DNA of 61,664 nt, filler included. It is 9 parts of 9 records of this genome, joined end to end, with 100 filler letters (N's around TTAATTAATTAA, not from the genome) between each part and the next. Parts side by side here need not be neighbours in the genome. Positions count along the whole stretch, not along the records: positions 56,466 to 61,664 come from SRR31147125_282734; 8 more parts are not named here. The stretch is one strand, 5' to 3'. Positions 56,646-61,664 of this stretch are shown here, piece by piece (position 1 is the stretch's first letter; each line of letters begins with the position of its first letter). Under the pieces are notes generated by a model that saw only the letters and a program-made list of their open reading frames with translations, searched no databases and was not told the origin of the DNA. The position numbers were made by a program, and so were the translations under genes.

Positions 56646-57464
56646 TCAATTGAACTTTCGGAAGAGGATTTCCCTTCGTCCTGTTTTCTCCTCCACGGCC
56701 TCCATGTTCTCCGGGTCGATCCCTTTTTCCCGCAAAGAGTGCAGTTGCCTCAGCATGGCAATGTGCAGGACACAGGGGATCAGTACCCGATAGGCAGGAC
56801 CCAGCACATCGAACAGCGTCCACAAGGCAGCGATGCCCAATCCCACGGCGCCGGCAAAGGCTGTTGTCCAGCGAGCCACAGACGTTCCGGCCACGAAAGC
56901 GATCCCCTGCTGAATGGACGCCCGGGCAATGGCACCGGCAACGATCAGGGAAAGTTTGTAAGAAACAATACCACCTCCGGCGATAATGGCTGTCTGCAAA
57001 AGCGTAATCGGAAATTCCTTGGGCAAATCCTCGGCGCTGGTTTCCGGCATGATCCCCTCGATCAGGGTTGCCTTCTCCTTGTCACTCATTTTTTCCCAGG
57101 ATTTTTCCAGAACTTTGATCAAAACCTGCTGCTCGATCTGATCGATGGGATCCGTTTTTCCGCACTTGACCTTCAGGCGAGAAGCCACTTTATAGACGAT
57201 CTCCCGGTAGGATACACCGACACCACCGCGTACAATGTTGAGAATTGTGTTTCCGCCGAATTTCTGGATTTCGGCGATAATTTCATCCACATATTTACAG
57301 TGGTCAGGCTGCCACCGTTTGTAGGCCCTGGTGCTCTTCAATTGTGATGAGACACCGCCTTTTTGCGTCAAATATCCGACCAGGTTCTCCAACTCCTCGC
57401 TGCTGCATTTTCTCAACAGTGGAATCAGGTCGGCATCCGGCTCCCTGAGCTTAATTTCAGACAT
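56646..57464 (-). CDS. YaaW/UPF0174 (DUF3944) family protein
   Basis: EIQKFGGNT..RGG.GVSYREI..V...LKV and GPAYRVLIPCV..IA.LR. Confidence 0.8.
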   Translation of the reverse strand: MSEIKLREPDADLIPLLRKCSSEELENLVGYLTQKGGVSSQLKSTRAYKRWQPDHCKYVDEIIAEIQKFGGNTILNIVRGGVGVSYREIVYKVASRLKVKCGKTDPIDQIEQQVLIKVLEKSWEKMSDKEKATLIEGIMPETSAEDLPKEFPITLLQTAIIAGGGIVSYKLSLIVAGAIARASIQQGIAFVAGTSVARWTTAFAGAVGLGIAALWTLFDVLGPAYRVLIPCVLHIAMLRQLHSLREKGIDPENMEAVEEKTGRREILFRKFN

Positions 57465-57471
57465 TCATTCC

Positions 57472-57921
57472 TCACTTCAATAATGTTGCGATCCGGGTGG
57501 CAAGGGATGCGCTGACCTTTTCCCCCAACCTGTTTTTTGCCGCAAAAGACCCCGCGATCAAGGTCAACAACCCCCGTACGCCGGTGACCAGTGTTTGCCC
57601 CACCTCCGGGGAGTCGAGCCCGATCTCCGAGGCAACGTCAATACTGCGGCCCGCTGCCTTAACAAGGGTTGCAAAGACATCCCACTGGTCTTTGTTCAGA
57701 GGAATCCCCTGACGTCCCAGATCGAAAAATACCTCGTCAGGATCCTTGATCAGGCCCAACACCAGGTAGAGTTGGAAAAAAAACTGCTCCCTGGGGTCGA
57801 CACCGGCTTCCCACCGTTTAACAGATGTAGCCGGTGCCCCGACCAGGGTGCCGAATTGAGCCAGCGACAGGCCATAGCGCATTCGAATGGCGGCAATTTC
57901 CTTGTTGAGCTCTACTTCCAT
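57472..57921 (-). CDS. XRE-type HTH protein
   Basis: IRMRYGLSLAQFGTLVGAPATSVKRWEAG; stop lies 7 nt before the YaaW-like start. Confidence 0.75.
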   Translation of the reverse strand: MEVELNKEIAAIRMRYGLSLAQFGTLVGAPATSVKRWEAGVDPREQFFFQLYLVLGLIKDPDEVFFDLGRQGIPLNKDQWDVFATLVKAAGRSIDVASEIGLDSPEVGQTLVTGVRGLLTLIAGSFAAKNRLGEKVSASLATRIATLLK

Positions 57922-57999
57922 GTCAACCTTTCCGTGCAGTGTAATCGTTCTACCACACGATCATAGATATCGGGCGACTTCAAATCAACGAGGAAAATG

Positions 58000-58437
58000 T
58001 TATTGGTCGTAATCTTCCAATAGATCTTTCAGGACGTCCAGATCACGCCGATACTGGTCTTTGGCCAGCCGCAACGCCAGTGGCTTGGTGTATTTAAAGA
58101 GACCAAGCTCCGCCTGGCAACGGGTTGTCAGGGCCGTTCCGGCCGGGACAGGCTCGAATTCCAGATGAAACTCTCCTGCTACCGGCCCTCGAAGGGTTTT
58201 CGCCGAAAAGGCACGGTTTTCCTGAAAAGCGGTCACCACCGCCTCGGTTTCGATGCGTTTTCCCATGAACTTTACGGTATAGCGATAGGTGGATCCGACA
58301 TCCATCGTTCCCCCCGCTGTCAGTCCGGCGTCCACCAGAATTTTCTGCCACTTGATATTGTTGTTGATATCGGTGGTAAAGGCAAACACATCCTCCAAGG
58401 GCCGAGCTATCACCACACTATTTTCGAACGTCGTCAT
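58000..58437 (-). CDS. SRPBCC/START-family protein
   Basis: SVVIARPLEDVFAF..W..DLDVLKDLLE. Confidence 0.8.
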   Translation of the reverse strand: MTTFENSVVIARPLEDVFAFTTDINNNIKWQKILVDAGLTAGGTMDVGSTYRYTVKFMGKRIETEAVVTAFQENRAFSAKTLRGPVAGEFHLEFEPVPAGTALTTRCQAELGLFKYTKPLALRLAKDQYRRDLDVLKDLLEDYDQ

Positions 58438-58467
58438 ATCGTATTGCCTTGTTTCACTGGAGCGGTT

Positions 58468-58529
58468 AGCTATTAGCCGTTAGCCGTATGGTGCAGTTGT
58501 TGATCGCGAACAGCTAACGGCTAATAGTT
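58468..58529. repeat. GTTAGC/GCTAAC hairpin, copy 2
   Basis: CTATTAGCCGTTAGC ... GCTAACGGCTAATAG (15-bp perfect stem). Confidence 0.75.
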
Positions 58530-58533
58530 CGGT

Positions 58534-58665
58534 TTACGCCTTTTCCTTTTCCGTCTTTTTTACAGCTTTCTTTTCACCGGACTTTTTACCGGCTTTGTAG
58601 AGCAGATAGCCTGTGGCTCCAAGAACAACCCATCCCAATGGGGTCACGAGTAGTGGTAAATGCAT
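58534..58665 (-). CDS. 43-aa membrane peptide with a Lys-rich tail (not in the ORF track)
   Basis: AAGGAG RBS; MHLPLLVTPLGWVVLGATGYLLYKAGKKSGEKKAVKKTEKEKA*. Confidence 0.75.
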   Translation of the reverse strand: MHLPLLVTPLGWVVLGATGYLLYKAGKKSGEKKAVKKTEKEKA

Positions 58666-58751
58666 TGTTTTATCTCCTTTGTCAAAGATAAGCGATCAGC
58701 TCTAAACTGTTCGTTCATTGCTAAAGGCAAACTGCCAATCGCTCGATTCGG

Positions 58752-58979
58752 TTATGCGGACTTTTCCGCGTCTTCTTCCTTTTTTGAAAACTCTTCACGA
58801 ACGGCCGCGGCGGCTTTTTGGGTTGCAGATTTCACTTTGGCCGCGCTTTCACAAGTGGCATCCTTCAATTTCGAAGCCTTTTCCGCGGCGACTTCCCTGA
58901 ACTTTTTCGCACTGCCGCTGTCGAGCACCAACCCTGCAATGATGAAACCGGCTGCAACACCGAGAACTGTTCTAATCAT
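58752..58979 (-). CDS. Small YtxH-like protein: N-terminal GxxxG TM plus amphipathic tail
   Basis: AGGAGGT RBS; LGVAAGFIIAG, then a K/A/E-rich helix. Confidence 0.8.
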   Translation of the reverse strand: MIRTVLGVAAGFIIAGLVLDSGSAKKFREVAAEKASKLKDATCESAAKVKSATQKAAAAVREEFSKKEEDAEKSA

Positions 58980-59042
58980 ACGATCACCTCCTTATTTATA
59001 CCTGCTTCTATGTTTGTTTTCAAACACAGTGTTACGAACTTG

Positions 59043-59078
59043 TGACACTACCATAAATACTTGACACTATGTTGTCAA
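59043..59078 (-). promoter_or_regulatory. Sigma70 promoter overlapped by an operator-like repeat
   Basis: TTGACA-17 nt-TATGGT on the minus strand; TAGTGTCA twice (19-nt period); TTGACA-N6-TGTCAA palindrome. Confidence 0.65.
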
Positions 59079-59563
59079 CTCTTTTTTAACAACTCGGATG
59101 GGTACAAGAATGATAGTTTATTTTTCCACGGCGGGAAAACAGATGACAGCGTCGGAGTGACCGGGAAATGGGGAGAATCGGTAATCGTTCGTCTGTGTTC
59201 GTCGAATGCTGGTCGCTAAACCCGGAACGGGAAGCCAAGCTCGATTTTAGCTGATTCAAGCCATCAGCACAACGACTTCAAACATTATTCTAAGTGAGAC
59301 TTCCATAAAATTGGGTAAGATCACAATCGGCTGTTTGTTTCTTTTTTTCCAGAAGGTGGCACTTTGCTGGGGATCCATATCTGCAATGACCACGGTCTTT
59401 TTCATTGTTGTGGCCAGACCCGCTCAAATAGCAAATGGTGGATTTTAACTGACAGCTCATATCCGTGATGATAGATGGAAGATGATCAAGGGAAGAAGAA
59501 CTACAATTGAAAACTGAAAGAGAAAAATTGAGGTTGACCTCGTTTTTGAACAGTAACGGATAG

Positions 59564-59609
59564 AGCGTTTAGCAGTTAGCTTTAATGCAATAGCTAACTG
59601 CTAAACGCT
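59564..59609. repeat. GTTAGC/GCTAAC hairpin, copy 3
   Basis: AGCGTTTAGCAGTTAGCT-10 nt-AGCTAACTGCTAAACGCT (18-bp perfect stem). Confidence 0.8.
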
Positions 59610-59624
59610 TAAAAAACTTACTAT

Positions 59625-59998
59625 TCAATTTTGATATTTAGCCACCAGTCCCCCAACCATCTCAAAAAAACGATCCGGATTTTTTGTAGACAGCACTTCG
59701 TCGATCCATGAGGGTTCAAAGGTGGCTGTGTTGTAGTGAATGGCAAGGGAGCGCCCCATTAGGTTCAGACGTACATGACTGATTCCGGGTAGTTGCGTAG
59801 GGCGAACTGCCTTCCCGGATAATAAGGGAAGCAGCTCTTCAGCGATAGGGTTTTTGAATCTGTCGATGGTGACTTGATCCTTTTTTTGATTTCGGGGACG
59901 CGCATCAGGTCAGTTGAGAATTTGATACGGATTCTCCCCGGTATGTGGTGTGCCACTTTCACATGCTGTCGATATTCCATCAGCTTTTGCAGATCCAT
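59625..59998 (-). CDS. HMA_2-like domain protein (frameshift in the A-run near 59885)
   Basis: VAHHIPGRIRIK, then in a shifted frame LPGISHVRLNLMGRSLAIHYN..KYQN*. Confidence 0.75.
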
Positions 59999-61664
59999 TT
60001 CCTTCGCTTTCATTTAATGTATTTCTGTTCACATTCTGGCCAGACGGCAGGGGTAGCAGAGGGGGCGAATCGTAAATAAGCAAACGACTCGAGTTGGCCA
60101 AAATCCCCAAGGTGTGCGTGATATGCACCAGACCGGCCATGACCGGAGACAACAGCCCCACGGCCCCCAGCACGACACCAACGACATTGGAGCCGGTGGC
60201 GATCCAGAAATTCTGGTGGACCACTGCCATCGTTTTACGCGAGAGGTCCCGGATGTAGACCACGCCGGCAAGATCGTCTTTGACCAGAGCGATATCGGCC
60301 GCCTCGATGGCCACTTCGCTGCCCCCTGCACCCATGGCGATTCCGAGATCGGCCTCCGCCAGGGCCAGGGCATCGTTGATGCCGTCGCCCACCATCAGCA
60401 CCCTGTTCCCGGCCTCCCTCAACCCGGCCACGATTTCCGCCTTCTCCTCGGGCAAGACCGAATAACGGCAGTCGTCGAAACTCAACCGGCAGGCCATCTC
60501 CAGGGCGGTGTATTTGGAGTCGCCGGTGATCATGGCGGTTTTTTTGATGCCGCTGTCTTTCAGCCTGGCGATCATCGATTGCAAATCCGGACGTTCCCGG
60601 TTGGCAAAGCCGATGACACCCAAAATTTCTTCGTTGCGGGCGATGAAGACCTGTGTCAAACCGTGCTTCTTGTTCTCCTCCAAAAAAGTGTCTACCACCG
60701 CGTGCTCAACACCGAAATGGGCCAGCAATTTGTGACTGCCGACCAAAACTTCGTCACCATCGATGATCGAACGCATCCCCTTGCCGAGAATGTATTCGCA
60801 GACGTCATGGCTGATGGCGCTGAGGCCCCTGCGCCTCGCTTCTTCTTTAATAGCAACGGCGACAGGGTGGCTGTTGTGGATCTCGGTGGAGTAGGCCAGT
60901 TGGAGAAGATCGTCTTCGGACAACCCGTTCAGGTTGACCAGCTGACGAATTTCAGGTTGATTGGTGGTCAGCGTTCCTGTTTTATCGAAACAGATCGTAT
61001 CGACATGGTCAATCTCTTCCAGATAGCGACCGCCCTTGATGAGGATTTGGCGTCGTGCCGCAGCACAGATGGCCGCACTGATGGCCGTGGAAGCGGAAAG
61101 AATCGTTGCACAAGGGCAGGCCATCACCAGCATAACGGCAAATGCCCGCCATAAACTGCCGGTGATCAGGAAAGTGGCCAGGGTGACGGCAAATCCGGTT
61201 TTTACGAGGTTCTGCGCCAACCGGTCGGCCACGCCTTCGATGGGGGCCCGGTTTTCCAATGAATCTTCGACCATTGTCAAAATTCGGGACAGATAGGTTC
61301 GGTCGCCGACCTCTTCCGCACAGACGTAGATGACCCCCTGCCGCACGAATGTTCCGGCATACACCTTGTCCCCGCCGCTTTTGGCAACGGGTTCGCTCAT
61401 TCCGGTGATAGAGGACTCGTCCACCACTGCCCCGCCCCGGACAACATGGCCGTCCACGGCGATCTTTTCACCGGTGTGGAGGACAACGGTGTCACCAGGC
61501 TTCACTTTGTCAACGGCGACGCTCACTTCAACGCCGTCGACAAAAAGATAGGTCTCTTTCTCTGTTACATCCAGAATGTCTCGAATGGCGCGGCGGGAAC
61601 GCTCTGTAATCCATGCCTTCAGCAGATTGCCGCCGCTCGTAATCCAAAGAATCTCAAGGGCAGC
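59910..61664 (-). CDS. P1B-type heavy-metal ATPase (5' truncated; exact 3' end uncertain)
   Basis: MACPCA, ILIKGG, FDKTGT, HP, TGD, PEEK, MVGDGIND, QNFW, HITHTLGILANS. Confidence 0.92.
   Translation of the reverse strand, partial: AALEILWITSGGNLLKAWITERSRRAIRDILDVTEKETYLFVDGVEVSVAVDKVKPGDTVVLHTGEKIAVDGHVVRGGAVVDESSITGMSEPVAKSGGDKVYAGTFVRQGVIYVCAEEVGDRTYLSRILTMVEDSLENRAPIEGVADRLAQNLVKTGFAVTLATFLITGSLWRAFAVMLVMACPCATILSASTAISAAICAAARRQILIKGGRYLEEIDHVDTICFDKTGTLTTNQPEIRQLVNLNGLSEDDLLQLAYSTEIHNSHPVAVAIKEEARRRGLSAISHDVCEYILGKGMRSIIDGDEVLVGSHKLLAHFGVEHAVVDTFLEENKKHGLTQVFIARNEEILGVIGFANRERPDLQSMIARLKDSGIKKTAMITGDSKYTALEMACRLSFDDCRYSVLPEEKAEIVAGLREAGNRVLMVGDGINDALALAEADLGIAMGAGGSEVAIEAADIALVKDDLAGVVYIRDLSRKTMAVVHQNFWIATGSNVVGVVLGAVGLLSPVMAGLVHITHTLGILANSSRLLIYDSPPLLPLPSGQNVNRNTLNESEGNGSAKADGISTACESGTPHTGENPYQILN

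Noticed and set aside
59090-59560. Fur box or hidden gene in the gap within the metal-ATPase cluster
   Set aside because: No convincing GATAATGAT-type palindrome and no credible ORF found.

Overview
This window is not one genome. It is nine unrelated metagenomic contigs joined by 100-nt N-TTAATTAATTAA-N linkers, and it has many single-base indels, mostly at homopolymers (probably sequencing error). Taxon labels below are inferred from gene content and style. (1) 1-7382: anaerobic bacterium; TRAP transporter operon with an L-cysteine desulfidase-like gene and a fused L-serine dehydratase, plus an IS5 relic. (2) 7483-13901: spirochaete-like mutS'-comF-rimP-nusA-infB-rbfA-truB'. (3) 14002-22185: Desulfobacterota-like trmD'-SPOUT-rplS-rnhB-yraN-tmk-TPR cluster. 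(4) 22286-28703: marine gammaproteobacterium; a degenerate IS903-group element, then an ExeM-type nuclease ending in a dockerin-like module, a cohesin-like PEP-CTERM protein and a 5'-nucleotidase. (5) 28804-36815: a compact, intron-rich microbial eukaryote (LCAT-EGF-TM lipase, GHMP kinase/GalU-type fusion, RPB7, coiled-coil protein). (6) 36916-41981: spirochaete-like; voltage-sensor-like/HAMP-like membrane protein and an RsbW/PilZ/STAS/RsbW cluster. (7) 42082-49564: Desulfobacterales-like SSS transporter with an unannotated 28-aa membrane peptide, and MFS genes. (8) 49665-56365: SAM-I riboswitch-metY', HDOD, CoA-activase, GntR'. (9) 56466-61664: a ferrosome(fez)-like P1B-ATPase/HMA/small-membrane-protein cluster with repeated hairpins. 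The best candidate for an undescribed system is the dockerin-nuclease plus cohesin-PEP-CTERM surface-anchoring pair in contig 4. All family assignments come from motif recognition by eye; no searches were run.
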